A stretch of DNA of 64,000 bases from Aulosira sp. ZfuVER01 (GTDB lineage Bacteria; Cyanobacteriota; Cyanobacteriia; Cyanobacteriales; Nostocaceae), in NCBI GenBank assembly GCA_034530615.2, contig JAVRCV020000015.1:1-64000 (forward strand), written 5' to 3'. This document shows positions 10,620-19,991 of the stretch, piece by piece; within the stretch, counting starts at the first letter, position 1, and each line of letters starts with the position of its first letter. The translations under genes were made by a program, and so were the position numbers. The notes below the pieces were generated by a model that saw only the letters and a program-made list of their open reading frames with translations, made no database searches and had not been told where the DNA came from.

Positions 10620-11429
10620 ATGCAGTCAGGTTTTTGGCGACGAATTCTGGTATCTATTGCAGTATTTTTCTTGGCTGGGTCAATTTGGGTGATGTCTTCT
10701 CCCCCAGCACTGGCTTATGACAATCCTGAGTTATTACCCAATACTCCTACTCCAGTTGTAGACTTGGCCAAATCACTCACCGACGTACAAGAAGAAAAGC
10801 TTGTTCACGATTTAGAGCAATTTCAAGCTGAAACTGGTTGGAAACTGCGAGTATTGACCCAATATGACCGTACTCCAGGTCGGGCCGTCATCAATTTTTG
10901 GGGTTTAGATGATAAAAGTATTCTGCTAGTTGCCGATTCCCGTGGTGGTAACATCCTCAGTTTTAGTGTTGGGGACGCAGTTTACGAACTTTTACCCCGA
11001 ACTTTCTGGATTGAGCTACAAACACGTTTTGGTAATTTGTACTTTGTCCGAGAACAAGGTGAAGACCAAGCTATTCTGCAAGCCTTAGATTCAGTTAAAG
11101 GTTGTTTACTTCAAGGTGGTTGCAAAGTTGTTCCCGGATTACCACGAGAACAGTGGATTCTCACTCTGATTACCTCAGTTATCGGTGGAGTTATTTGTGG
11201 ATTTGCATCTCAACCACAGCGCGAAGGACAAATTTTTGCTTGGCAATGGGCTTTAATTTTCTCACCTTTATGGGGAATTTTATTTATTGCCTTTGGTATT
11301 GGCCCGGTAGTGACACGTACAACTGATTGGCTACCGCTGTTTCGTAACATCGCTGGTTTTCTCATCGGCGCTTTGGTAGCTTATCTTTCGCCTATTTTCA
11401 ATCGGTCTTCTTCCAATGCCGAGTTCTGA
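10620..11429 (+). CDS. TPM (TLP18.3/Psb32/MOLO-1) domain membrane protein
   Basis: Signal peptide ending PALA, then VVDLAKSL...ETGWKLRVLT, FWIELQTRFGN and C-terminal TM helices. Confidence 0.8.
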   Translation: MQSGFWRRILVSIAVFFLAGSIWVMSSPPALAYDNPELLPNTPTPVVDLAKSLTDVQEEKLVHDLEQFQAETGWKLRVLTQYDRTPGRAVINFWGLDDKSILLVADSRGGNILSFSVGDAVYELLPRTFWIELQTRFGNLYFVREQGEDQAILQALDSVKGCLLQGGCKVVPGLPREQWILTLITSVIGGVICGFASQPQREGQIFAWQWALIFSPLWGILFIAFGIGPVVTRTTDWLPLFRNIAGFLIGALVAYLSPIFNRSSSNAEF

Positions 11430-11575
11430 GTAATTCAGAGGGGACACAGTGGAGAAGTTCCCCAACTTGAGCCGACTTATTTGCTGAGTAATTTGATTTC
11501 TACTAATTACTCAGCTATAAGTGCTGGGAACTGTCTGAAGCTGATAAGCTGAAAGCTGAAATCGAAAGAGCAACA

Positions 11576-12211
11576 ATGGCAATGGAATGGCACGTAACTG
11601 ATGCTCAAAGTTTAGCAATCATTGATAGTGAAATTGGCGATCATGTATTTTCGCCAGCAGAATATGAAATTGTCCGGCGGGTAATTTACGCCACAGCCGA
11701 TTTTGAGTATAAGTCTTCAATTCGTTTTTCTGAACACGCTTTACAAGCTGGAGCAGCAGCCCTAGCGGCACGTAGCACTATTGTGGTAGATGTGCCATTA
11801 GTGCAAGTAGGCATTAGCTACGATATTCAAAACACCTTTGCCAATCCCATATATTGCAGCCTTGAAACCCCAACACGTCCTCAAAAAGAAAAAACTCGTG
11901 CAGCTTGGGGAATAGAAACTCTAGCCAAGCGTTATCCAGAAGGCATTTTTGTGGTAGGTCAAGCGCAAACGGCACTAACTGAACTAGTTGATTTAATTGA
12001 AGCTGAAGAAATTCGACCTGCTTTGGTAATTGCTACCCCAGTAGGATTTGTGGATGTAGATGTTGCTAAAGAACGCTTGCGAGATTCTTTAATTCCGCAC
12101 ATTACAATTGACAGCCGCAAAGGGAATGCAGTTGTAGCAGCTGCGATCGTTGATGGATTGGTAGACTTGGCTTGGCAAGCCTACGGGCAAGATCAGAATA
12201 GAGGAAGTTAA
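11576..12211 (+). CDS. cobH: Precorrin-8X methylmutase (CobH/CbiC family)
   Basis: SLAIIDSEI, IVRRVIYATADF, PVGFV, RKGNAVVAAA motifs. Confidence 0.88.
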   Translation: MAMEWHVTDAQSLAIIDSEIGDHVFSPAEYEIVRRVIYATADFEYKSSIRFSEHALQAGAAALAARSTIVVDVPLVQVGISYDIQNTFANPIYCSLETPTRPQKEKTRAAWGIETLAKRYPEGIFVVGQAQTALTELVDLIEAEEIRPALVIATPVGFVDVDVAKERLRDSLIPHITIDSRKGNAVVAAAIVDGLVDLAWQAYGQDQNRGS

Positions 12212-12921
12212 TATCTATCATCTTCTTCATCCCACTCTTCCACTTGACGACGACGACGCCGACGCGGCCTATCCTCTGGATCTTCACGCAAGCGACGGCT
12301 AACTTCACCAAAGAAATCTTGTCGCACATAGGGATAGTCGCTTACCCACAAGTCACGATTGGGAATGTAGATATCGCTAAATTCTTCAATCCTGCTCAAA
12401 TCTCGGCGGTTTGACATCACTACCATTTCGGCAATTAGTCCGCGACTAATAACTTTATAAGCAGGACGTAGCGGAGCTTCAAACTCAATGGTAAATCCTG
12501 TGTCATCCCCTATTTCTAAGTTAATTCGCTTTTCTCGATTTTCGACAATTACCAACTCTCCTTTGCTGTTGACAGTTTCCTGCTTACCCATTAACTGGTC
12601 TGTGATCCACCAATCGAGGATGCGACCTCGGAAAAAGCCGCTGTATTTATAACGGCGGCATTTTGCATTCCGCACGCTGGCCTGAAATACTGGATACCAC
12701 AGCCAGAAAAACGCGCCAATTATCCCCAGGATAAATACTATTAGATCAAACTCAATCCTGAAAAAGACTTTGACAAGCAAAATCACAACTACAGCAACTA
12801 CAGAAATTAATAGGCGCTGTATAAAGTTAGAAAACTTTCCCCAGTAGTGCTTGTACTGGGGACCACTAGCAATTAAGGGGATTACTTGTTCAAATTTCTG
12901 TCGAGTCAGTGGAACGAGCAT
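12208..12921 (-). CDS. Conserved cyanobacterial membrane protein (2 TM)
   Basis: MLVPLTRQKFEQVIP start; two hydrophobic segments; the longer ORF extension lies in repeat DNA. Confidence 0.8.
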   Translation of the reverse strand: MLVPLTRQKFEQVIPLIASGPQYKHYWGKFSNFIQRLLISVVAVVVILLVKVFFRIEFDLIVFILGIIGAFFWLWYPVFQASVRNAKCRRYKYSGFFRGRILDWWITDQLMGKQETVNSKGELVIVENREKRINLEIGDDTGFTIEFEAPLRPAYKVISRGLIAEMVVMSNRRDLSRIEEFSDIYIPNRDLWVSDYPYVRQDFFGEVSRRLREDPEDRPRRRRRRQVEEWDEEDDRY

Positions 12922-12943
12922 GAGTGCTGAGTAGTGAGGTTCA

Positions 12944-13070
12944 GGGGGACTGGGGAAGAGGCAGGGAGTAGGGGACAAGGAGGACAACGGGGACAAGGGA
13001 GCAGGGGAGAAATAACTAATGACTCTTGACTATTGCCCAATGCCCAATGCCCCATGCCCCATGCCCAATA
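12944..13070. repeat. STRR heptamer-type tandem repeats
   Basis: (TGCCCAA/TGCCCCA)n at 13035-13070 and GGGGAC/GGACAA repeats at 12944-13010. Confidence 0.85.
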
Positions 13071-13080
13071 CCTTTGAAGT

Positions 13081-13917
13081 CTATAGTATCTTTTCTAATC
13101 CATATACTAATGACTTTAGCTGTAAGACTTTGCGAATTGCTAGTAGCACTCCTGGCATATAACAAGCGCGATCGCTCGTGTCATGTCGTAAAGTGTAAAT
13201 TTGCCCAGGTGCGCCAAAAATCACTTCCTGATGGGCAACCAGTCCCGGCAACCGCACGCTGTGAATCCGAATTCCTTCATCTGCTAAACTGCCCCTAGCT
13301 CCAGCTAATTTTTCTGTCTCTTCTACAAGAGCAGGGTTAAAAGTTTTACCCATTTCTGCTAGTAATTGTGCGGTTTGAATTGCCGTACCACTAGGAGCAT
13401 CAGCTTTTTGATTATGATGCAGTTCGATAATTTCTACATGATCAAAATATTGGGATGCGGCGATCGCTGCTTGTTGTAGCAGTACCATACCAATGGAGAA
13501 GTTAGGAATAATTAAGCAGCCTGTACTAGCTTTCTCGGCAAAGTCTGACAAATCTTTAATTTGTTCTGGACTTAAGCCAGTAGTACCAACTACCGGACGA
13601 ATACCGTAAGCGATCGCACTACGAATATTGTCATAAACTGAATCGGGATGAGTAAAATCTACCATTACTCCTGGTGGCCCTTGTCTGTCACCAGCCACGT
13701 ACCCCAGCATTGGTTCTAATTGATTAGTAATTGGCACTTCTAAGGGTTCGCTTAAACCCGCCAACTCTCCAGCGTCTTTATCTTGATGTTGGGGACTGCT
13801 GTCAATTGCACCCACTAGGTTTAAATCAGGTGCTTGCGCTACAGCTTTTATCACTTCGCGGCCCATTTTGCCAGCAGCACCGTTGACAATAACTGGGATA
13901 GGAGCTTGATTCGTCAT
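13081..13917 (-). CDS. dapB: 4-hydroxy-tetrahydrodipicolinate reductase
   Basis: [39 protein letters not shown]. Confidence 0.97.
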   Translation of the reverse strand: MTNQAPIPVIVNGAAGKMGREVIKAVAQAPDLNLVGAIDSSPQHQDKDAGELAGLSEPLEVPITNQLEPMLGYVAGDRQGPPGVMVDFTHPDSVYDNIRSAIAYGIRPVVGTTGLSPEQIKDLSDFAEKASTGCLIIPNFSIGMVLLQQAAIAASQYFDHVEIIELHHNQKADAPSGTAIQTAQLLAEMGKTFNPALVEETEKLAGARGSLADEGIRIHSVRLPGLVAHQEVIFGAPGQIYTLRHDTSDRACYMPGVLLAIRKVLQLKSLVYGLEKIL

Positions 13918-14304
13918 AAGTTGAGCAAAACTTTTTTAACTAACAAAGGAATTGTAAAGACTTTAGCGATCTAGTAGCTAGTTAGTGCAAGAAGGCAGAC
14001 GCTAGAAGGAAAGAAAGCTGGATTTACATACTTTGTAGCTTTCGCAACGAAATAAAATGAGTTTTGACTTCTGCGTAGCTTGACATTTCTAGTTCAATTT
14101 CGGTGGCTCTGAGTTGTTCTGATTAAAGTCTAAAAGATCTATCAGGGTTGGAATTTTACAGTAGCGATCGCATTTATGCAGTTCTCTGAACACTGGTAAT
14201 AGCCATTGAGCCATTTTGGGGGAATTTGTATAAGATGGACTGATCGATAACCAATTGATGTGAAAAGATAAGTCGCATCTTTCATTACCCAAGTTGGAAA
14301 ACAC

Positions 14305-14673
14305 ATGAACAAAAAGTTTGTCCTATCTTTACTTTCCACCCCGGCAGTGTTTATGTCTATGCTGTCTATGGTCATGATGACCAAACCAGTTCACGCCAGT
14401 CAAACAGTCACTCCGGTTGGTACTCATCTATCTTGTGTACGCGCTCCCCACTCAGCAGTTGCTAAACAGGTATGTATACAAGTTAGTAACACTCCTGCTT
14501 CTGTTGCCAAATCTGAGATGACAGTAGCACAAGTGCAATCGCCTAATCAGCCTGCGGAACTAGAATTCACAGATGCAGAGAGCGATGAAGCGATAAAATT
14601 GTTTGGTTGTGATTGCCCAATCTGCATTAACGCTGTACGTCAATTGCACGGTTTAGCTCCAATGCCTGTCTAG
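14305..14673 (+). CDS. Exported small protein with a C-terminal CxCxxC motif
   Basis: Signal peptide ending PVHA; FGCDCPICINAVRQL. Confidence 0.75.
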   Translation: MNKKFVLSLLSTPAVFMSMLSMVMMTKPVHASQTVTPVGTHLSCVRAPHSAVAKQVCIQVSNTPASVAKSEMTVAQVQSPNQPAELEFTDAESDEAIKLFGCDCPICINAVRQLHGLAPMPV

Positions 14674-14843
14674 GAACTTGGTGAATTAGGAACAAAGTAT
14701 TTAGTACTTATTGATACTAATACATTACTTTATTCAAGTAGTTGTCACAATTTTTCGCAACTTGGTAATGAACACAAAAAAGCCAGAGAATACTATCTCT
14801 GGCTGAAAGTTGGAGACAAAAGAATAATTACGTAGGTAAAAAC

Positions 14844-15110
14844 TTAGATTCTGCCAAGGTTATGCAGTCCTAAAATAATACCTGTTCCTAAGATATGACC
14901 AAAGGCAGTTGTAGCTAATAATGCGGGTAAACCAAAACCACCAAATAAATTAGGTGAGGGTAGTGCTGGGCCAGCATTGGGATACTTGATAGTCGATTTG
15001 CCAAAGGCAATAGCGGCAATATTAGCCAAAATCATAATCACTCCAACTGTTGGACTCCATTGCAGGGTTGTAGGAACAGTGGTAGCGGCAAGTAAGGTCG
15101 AAGTAAGCAA
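14844..15110 (-). CDS. psaK: Photosystem I reaction center subunit PsaK
   Basis: WSPTVGVIMILANIAAIAFG...LLATTAFGHILGTGIILGL; TTG start. Confidence 0.95.
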   Translation of the reverse strand: MLTSTLLAATTVPTTLQWSPTVGVIMILANIAAIAFGKSTIKYPNAGPALPSPNLFGGFGLPALLATTAFGHILGTGIILGLHNLGRI

Positions 15111-15296
15111 CTGATTCGCTCCTGAAACTTGTTGATTATTGAAATATGATCTGAATATTTGTCTACAAAGTTCAAGAAAACAGGCTGGATTTGCAGCAAT
15201 ATTTTACAGTTATTCTCAATACTTAATACAAACCACTGTTATTGGGCTGCTGCTTTGTTTTAGTTCGAGAAATACCCAAAGCCTCAAACACTCGAA

Positions 15297-15872
15297 TCAG
15301 GAAGTCAAAGTTTTCTCAATGCGACGGTCGGGGATCAGCCACATGATCGCAACCAGAATATATACCCCAAAAGCAACCCAAGAGTTTACAAAAGAAAGAG
15401 GAATTGCTACGGCATACAATACAACTGATATCTTGCCCTTGAAGTCTCGACCCAGTGCGATCGCTAAAGTAGAATCCTTGCCATGATGAGCAATCAAAGT
15501 CAGTGACAGGATGAAGTAAGCGATCGCAGCAAACAACAGTACCGTACCATAAAGGGCAATTGGCCAGGCCGCAAAATGGTTTTCGCCCATCCAGCCAGTG
15601 ACAAAGGGAATTAGCGACAGCCAGAACAGCAGATGCAAATTAGCCCAAAGAATACGTCCATTAACGTGTCTGACTGCTTGCCATAGGTGATGGTGGTTGT
15701 TCCAGTAGATGCCAATATAAATAAAACTCAGCACATAACTCAAAAATACCGGAATCAACGGACGCAGAGCAGCTAAATCGTCACCGTGTGGCACCTTCAG
15801 TTCCAGCACCATGATCGTGATGATGATAGCCAGCACACCGTCACTGAACGCTTCTAACCTCCCCTTCCCCAT
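15297..15872 (-). CDS. TMEM175 family (DUF1211) potassium channel
   Basis: RLEAFSDGVLAIIITIMVLE signature and YWNNHH. Confidence 0.92.
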   Translation of the reverse strand: MGKGRLEAFSDGVLAIIITIMVLELKVPHGDDLAALRPLIPVFLSYVLSFIYIGIYWNNHHHLWQAVRHVNGRILWANLHLLFWLSLIPFVTGWMGENHFAAWPIALYGTVLLFAAIAYFILSLTLIAHHGKDSTLAIALGRDFKGKISVVLYAVAIPLSFVNSWVAFGVYILVAIMWLIPDRRIEKTLTS

Positions 15873-15997
15873 CTGTTTCTGCGCTCCTTTTGTGCCTAAA
15901 AGTCAGTTGTCTGTACTTTACCTTGTCTTGTAACCACTTAGGCGAAGGTTGTCTGGTTGTTGAATTTGACTATTTATGCCCCAAGAATTTGATGCTG

Positions 15998-16402
15998 TTA
16001 GAATCGGCAGAAAAAGGCAGATGGGGAAATATGGAACAACTTAGCTAGTTTTTCAATGTGTTCTACAGTGAACTTGCGCTGACCATTAAGAATTGCAGAT
16101 ACAATTGACTCAGTTTTAAAAATAGGAACTAGATCCTTCTGTTTGAGATTTAGTTCATCAATTAATGCTTTAAGTAAATCAACACCACATAAATCAGGAA
16201 TTGTTAGATATTTTTCTTCGTATTCATGGACTAAAACTCCCAAGACATTAAGATAATCCTGTTTATCTGGAGTCATTTCACCAGAGTCAAGCAAAGCATC
16301 AATTACTTCTTGAACAGCAAGCAACTCCGCCTCTGATTTGATTGGGCGAGGCGGAAACTTTTTTAGAAGCTCAAAATAACTATCGGATGCAGCAGCAAAC
16401 AT
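15998..16402 (-). CDS. higA: HigA-family antitoxin (HTH)
   Basis: FPPRPI...LGVLVHEYE...LKQKDLVPIFKTESIVSAILNGQR; downstream of higB. Confidence 0.88.
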   Translation of the reverse strand: MFAAASDSYFELLKKFPPRPIKSEAELLAVQEVIDALLDSGEMTPDKQDYLNVLGVLVHEYEEKYLTIPDLCGVDLLKALIDELNLKQKDLVPIFKTESIVSAILNGQRKFTVEHIEKLAKLFHISPSAFFCRF

Positions 16403-16479
16403 ATGTCTTTTGCGCCCGTTGACGGCGGCGACCCGATGACATAAAGTTTATGCGCCCGTTAACAGCGGCGACCTGTCAG

Positions 16480-16785
16480 TTAGCTACCATACCACTCATC
16501 TTTTTTCCAATCATCCTTGTCATATTCTGCGTGAGTGAGAACATTTCGGATGAATACTTTCTGGTATGTGTAATCGATGAAAGCAATCAGGCGATATTTG
16601 TTACCACCAATGTTAAAAACCGTGAAATTTCCAACTTGGTCAGCAGAAGAAAAGACTTCTCGCAGATCTACAAAGTTTTGCCAACTTGCGGTAATTGTAA
16701 GCTTGTACCACAAAAGCAAACTGGTTTTAGAATCAGGGTGCTTTTCCCAAAACTCTATCAGACGAGAGCGAGTGATAACATGCAT
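16480..16785 (-). CDS. higB: HigB-family mRNA interferase toxin
   Basis: MHVITRSRLIEFW...VFNIGGNKYRLI...VLTHAEYD. Confidence 0.92.
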   Translation of the reverse strand: MHVITRSRLIEFWEKHPDSKTSLLLWYKLTITASWQNFVDLREVFSSADQVGNFTVFNIGGNKYRLIAFIDYTYQKVFIRNVLTHAEYDKDDWKKDEWYGS

Positions 16786-17070
16786 AGCCTATACTCGCAC
16801 CAATGGCGCGAAAGTAAGACATAATAAGCTTCCAAATGATACATAACTACTTGGTTGCTCCAGTTCGTTGCGCAATAAGTAATTGGCGCTTTTTTAGCCA
16901 TTTAACTACTGACGATGAATATAAACTTAGCAAATTGCGAATTTTATTGCAATCACATTAAGGTTGCAAATATTTTCTAGGTAAACCTGGAGTGTTGAAT
17001 GCAAGCGTGAATTTCTGGATTTGCCAATCTACCCTTCATCAAGGTTTTTATCGCTAGCTCCAAGACCCGA

Positions 17071-17091
17071 TCATGACAAACGCGATCGCTC
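17071..17091. repeat. 21-bp direct repeat, left copy (contains HIP1)
   Basis: TCATGACAAACGCGATCGCTC is identical to 17443-17463. Confidence 0.9.
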
Positions 17092-17107
17092 TTATTTCAT
17101 CACTTTA

Positions 17108-17326
17108 CTAGACGTTGCTCACCCAATCTAAAGACGGCTTACGCTGAGATTTTACACAATCCTGTAAATAAAGATTGATCAGACTCTGATAGGAAATGCC
17201 GGTTTCTTCAGCTAGAGCTTTGAAATAATCAACCACATCTTCTTCAAGCCGAATTGTTACCTGCTTCTTCAGCTTCTTAATGTATGGATTTTTTACAGAT
17301 TGGGAGAAATCGTACTCTTTTTTCAT
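17108..17326 (-). CDS. brnA: BrnA-family antitoxin
   Basis: MKKEYDFS...NPY...VTIRLEEDVVDYFK...YQSLINLYL; ATG overlaps the stop of the brnT remnant (ATGA). Confidence 0.85.
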   Translation of the reverse strand: MKKEYDFSQSVKNPYIKKLKKQVTIRLEEDVVDYFKALAEETGISYQSLINLYLQDCVKSQRKPSLDWVSNV

Positions 17327-17446
17327 AACAAAAAACTTTGATATTGGTGACGCTCTTTTTTCGTAGCTTTTCGAGCTGAGATGATGCGGATAACTTCCTC
17401 GTATATCATAAGCAACGTGAGTACGCAGGTCTTGGGAAATGCTCAT
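17323..17446 (-). pseudogene. brnT: 5'-truncated, degenerate BrnT toxin remnant
   Basis: EEVIRIISARKATKKERHQYQSFLL* is the BrnT C-terminal signature; the N-terminal part is missing. Confidence 0.8.
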
Positions 17447-17463
17447 GACAAACGCGATCGCTC
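17443..17463. repeat. 21-bp direct repeat, right copy (contains HIP1)
   Basis: Identical to 17071-17091. Confidence 0.9.
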
Positions 17464-17512
17464 CCCAGATAATTTACACTCAAGGTGAGACCGATCGTTT
17501 GCAACTGCTGTT

Positions 17513-17947
17513 ATGTCATCAACTTTAGATTCTTTACCACCTGCTCTCGCTAAAATTGTCCAGCGCTTTCAACGTGCTTCTGACCCGAAGCGGCGCTACG
17601 AACAACTTATCTGGTACGCTCAAAAGCTTCCAGCGTTCCCAGAAGCGGATAAGGTACCAGAAAATAAAGTCCCTGGTTGCGTCTCCCAGGTTTATGTCAC
17701 CGCAACCTTGGATGATGGGAAAGTTAAATATCAAGGCGATTCTGATTCCCAGTTAACTAAGGGATTAGTAGCCTTGTTGATAGAAGGTTTAAATGGCTCA
17801 TCTCCCACAGAAATTGTCCAACTAGCACCAGATTTTATTCAAGCTACTGGTTTAAATGTCAGCCTGACACCTTCCCGCGCCAACGGCTTTTATAACATTT
17901 TTAAAACGATGCAAAAAAAGGCGTTGGAATGTAAATTAGAACAGTAG
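17513..17947 (+). CDS. sufE: Fe-S cluster assembly sulfur acceptor SufE
   Basis: KVPGCVSQV, GDSDS, SLTPSRANGF. Confidence 0.93.
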   Translation: MSSTLDSLPPALAKIVQRFQRASDPKRRYEQLIWYAQKLPAFPEADKVPENKVPGCVSQVYVTATLDDGKVKYQGDSDSQLTKGLVALLIEGLNGSSPTEIVQLAPDFIQATGLNVSLTPSRANGFYNIFKTMQKKALECKLEQ

Positions 17948-17970
17948 TAGTGAGTACTGAGTAAAAACTC

Positions 17971-18882
17971 ATGTCTACCAATTTATTATCAAATGATAAT
18001 GCTGTTGGATTTGGTGGAGTAGTTCAAGAATTTCTCTGGAATTGGGAAAATCAATCATTGCGGGTGGTGTATGAAACCCTTGGTCAAGGTTCACCGCTAT
18101 TGCTACTACCAGCTTTTAGCAGCGTTTCCAGCCGTGAAGAAATGGGCGAACTGGCTAGGCTACTAGCTCCCCACTTTCAAGTTGTAGCAGTAGATTGGCC
18201 TGGTTTTGGTGAATCTTCTCGACCCAGTTTAGATTACCGTCCAGAGTTATATCAGCAATTTTTAGCAGATTTTGTCAACTCAGTTTTTAACACAGCAGTT
18301 AATGTCATAGCAGCTGGTCATGCGGCTAGTTATGTATTGAAATTAGCTGTCAAACAGCCTGCTGCTTTCGCCAAAATTGTCTTAATGGCTCCCACTTGGC
18401 GCGGCCCTTTACCGACAATGGGTGCAAATCCCCAGGTAGCGTCTATGGTGAGAGAATTAGTGCGATCGCCTATTGTTGGTCAATTTCTCTACAAACTCAA
18501 TACCCTGCCATCTTTTTTAAATTTTATGTACCGCCGCCATGTCTTTGCAGATGAGGCGAGACTTACCCCCAGTTTCATACAAAAGAAGTGGCACACAACG
18601 CAAAAACCAGGAGCGCGATTTGCTTCTGCTGCCTTTGTGACTGGTAATATTGATGCGGTACACGAGCAATCTGATTTTCTGGGATTAATAAGAGCGCTAT
18701 CTGTCCCACTCACGATTGTAATTGCCGAATCCTGTCCGCCCAAATCAAAAGCCGAAATGCAGGCTATGGCGGCGTTACCAGGAGTCAGCAGCGTTGTGCT
18801 TCCTGGTTCCTTAGGACTGCATGAGGAATACCCAGAAGAAGTTCTAGAAGCCGTACTACCTTTTTTAAAAGCGCTATCATAG
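17971..18882 (+). CDS. Alpha/beta fold hydrolase-like protein
   Basis: VDWPGFGES and C-terminal HEEYP; no canonical GxSxG. Confidence 0.85.
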   Translation: MSTNLLSNDNAVGFGGVVQEFLWNWENQSLRVVYETLGQGSPLLLLPAFSSVSSREEMGELARLLAPHFQVVAVDWPGFGESSRPSLDYRPELYQQFLADFVNSVFNTAVNVIAAGHAASYVLKLAVKQPAAFAKIVLMAPTWRGPLPTMGANPQVASMVRELVRSPIVGQFLYKLNTLPSFLNFMYRRHVFADEARLTPSFIQKKWHTTQKPGARFASAAFVTGNIDAVHEQSDFLGLIRALSVPLTIVIAESCPPKSKAEMQAMAALPGVSSVVLPGSLGLHEEYPEEVLEAVLPFLKALS

Positions 18883-18884
18883 GC

Positions 18885-18899
18885 AGGCAATAATTATCA
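18885..18899 (+). promoter_or_regulatory. Candidate Zur box
   Basis: AGGCAATAATTATCA versus consensus TGATAATnATTATCA, about 20 bp upstream of a COG0523 GTPase. Confidence 0.5.
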
Positions 18900-18918
18900 A
18901 TAAAGTCGCCTTGAGATT

Positions 18919-19890
18919 ATGATCTCTGCCGAAACATCCAATTCTGTACCTGTAACCGTTCTGACTGGCTATCTTGGTGCAGGTAAAACAACCCTACTAA
19001 ATCACATCCTCACCTACGAACACGGCAAAAAAGTCGCTGTCATCGTCAATGAATTTGGTGAAGTCGGCATTGATAATCAATTGGTTATCGATGCCGATGA
19101 AGAAATTTTCGAGATGAATAATGGCTGTATCTGCTGTACCGTCAGAGGTGATTTGATTCGGATCATCGGCAACTTGATGAAACGGCGCGATAAGTTTGAC
19201 CATTTAGTAATTGAAACTACAGGTTTAGCTGACCCCGCGCCAGTAATTCAAACCTTCTTTGTCGATGAAGATATGCAAAATCAACTGTCTTTAGATGCAG
19301 TGGTGACAGTTGTTGACGCCAAGCATATCTGGCAGCATTGGGAGGCAGATGAAGCCCAAGAACAGATTGCTTTTGCTGATGTAATTTTATTAAATAAAAC
19401 TGATTTAGTTACACCAGATGTATTAGAAGAACTAGAAAATCGGATTCGGGGGATGAATGCATTAGCTAAAATTTACCGTACCCGTAATTCTGAATTATCA
19501 ATGGATGCTTTATTGGGTGTAAAAGCCTTTGATTTGGATCGGGCTTTAGAAATCGATCCTAATTTTTTAGGTGAAGATGCTCACGTACATGATGAAACTG
19601 TTTATTCTGTAGCGGTGGTAGAAAAAGGTGCAGTTGACGGACAAAAATTAAATGCTTGGATGACCGAATTACTACGTACCCAAGGATCGGATATATTCCG
19701 CATGAAAGGTATTTTAAATATTGCTGGGGAAGAAAATCGTTTTGTATTCCAAGGAGTACACATGATATTTGATGGCAGACCCGATCGCCCTTGGAAACCC
19801 AACGAAACCCCTAAAAACGAACTAGTTTTCATCGGACGCAATCTTGATGAAGCTAAACTTAAACAAGATTTCCTAGCCTGTCTAACTTAA
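18919..19890 (+). CDS. COG0523/CobW family metallochaperone GTPase
   Basis: GYLGAGKT, NEFGE, GCICC, ETTGLADP, NKTD, and C-terminal CobW_C (RMKG, LVFIG). Confidence 0.95.
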   Translation: MISAETSNSVPVTVLTGYLGAGKTTLLNHILTYEHGKKVAVIVNEFGEVGIDNQLVIDADEEIFEMNNGCICCTVRGDLIRIIGNLMKRRDKFDHLVIETTGLADPAPVIQTFFVDEDMQNQLSLDAVVTVVDAKHIWQHWEADEAQEQIAFADVILLNKTDLVTPDVLEELENRIRGMNALAKIYRTRNSELSMDALLGVKAFDLDRALEIDPNFLGEDAHVHDETVYSVAVVEKGAVDGQKLNAWMTELLRTQGSDIFRMKGILNIAGEENRFVFQGVHMIFDGRPDRPWKPNETPKNELVFIGRNLDEAKLKQDFLACLT

Positions 19891-19991
19891 AAAAATACTT
19901 TGCATTTTCCCTTTGTGTCTCTGTGACTTTATAGTTCCAAAATCTTTTTTAAACCCAGAGACACAAAGATACAAAGAACTTTTAACACACT

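Noticed and set aside
11455..11535. Possible cobalamin riboswitch upstream of cobH
   Set aside because: A long hairpin is present but no B12-box or other conserved riboswitch motif; more likely a terminator or repeat
12922..13298. ORF extension MSPLSSLSP... and ORF 13026-13298
   Set aside because: Translations of STRR repeats or antisense to dapB
16411..16473. Possible mini-CRISPR or attC site
   Set aside because: Only two 23-bp units with a 17-bp spacer, no cas or integrase gene, and no proper attC core pair
17327..17446. N-terminal extension of the 112-aa ORF
   Set aside because: It overlaps the brnT remnant; BrnA starts at 17326
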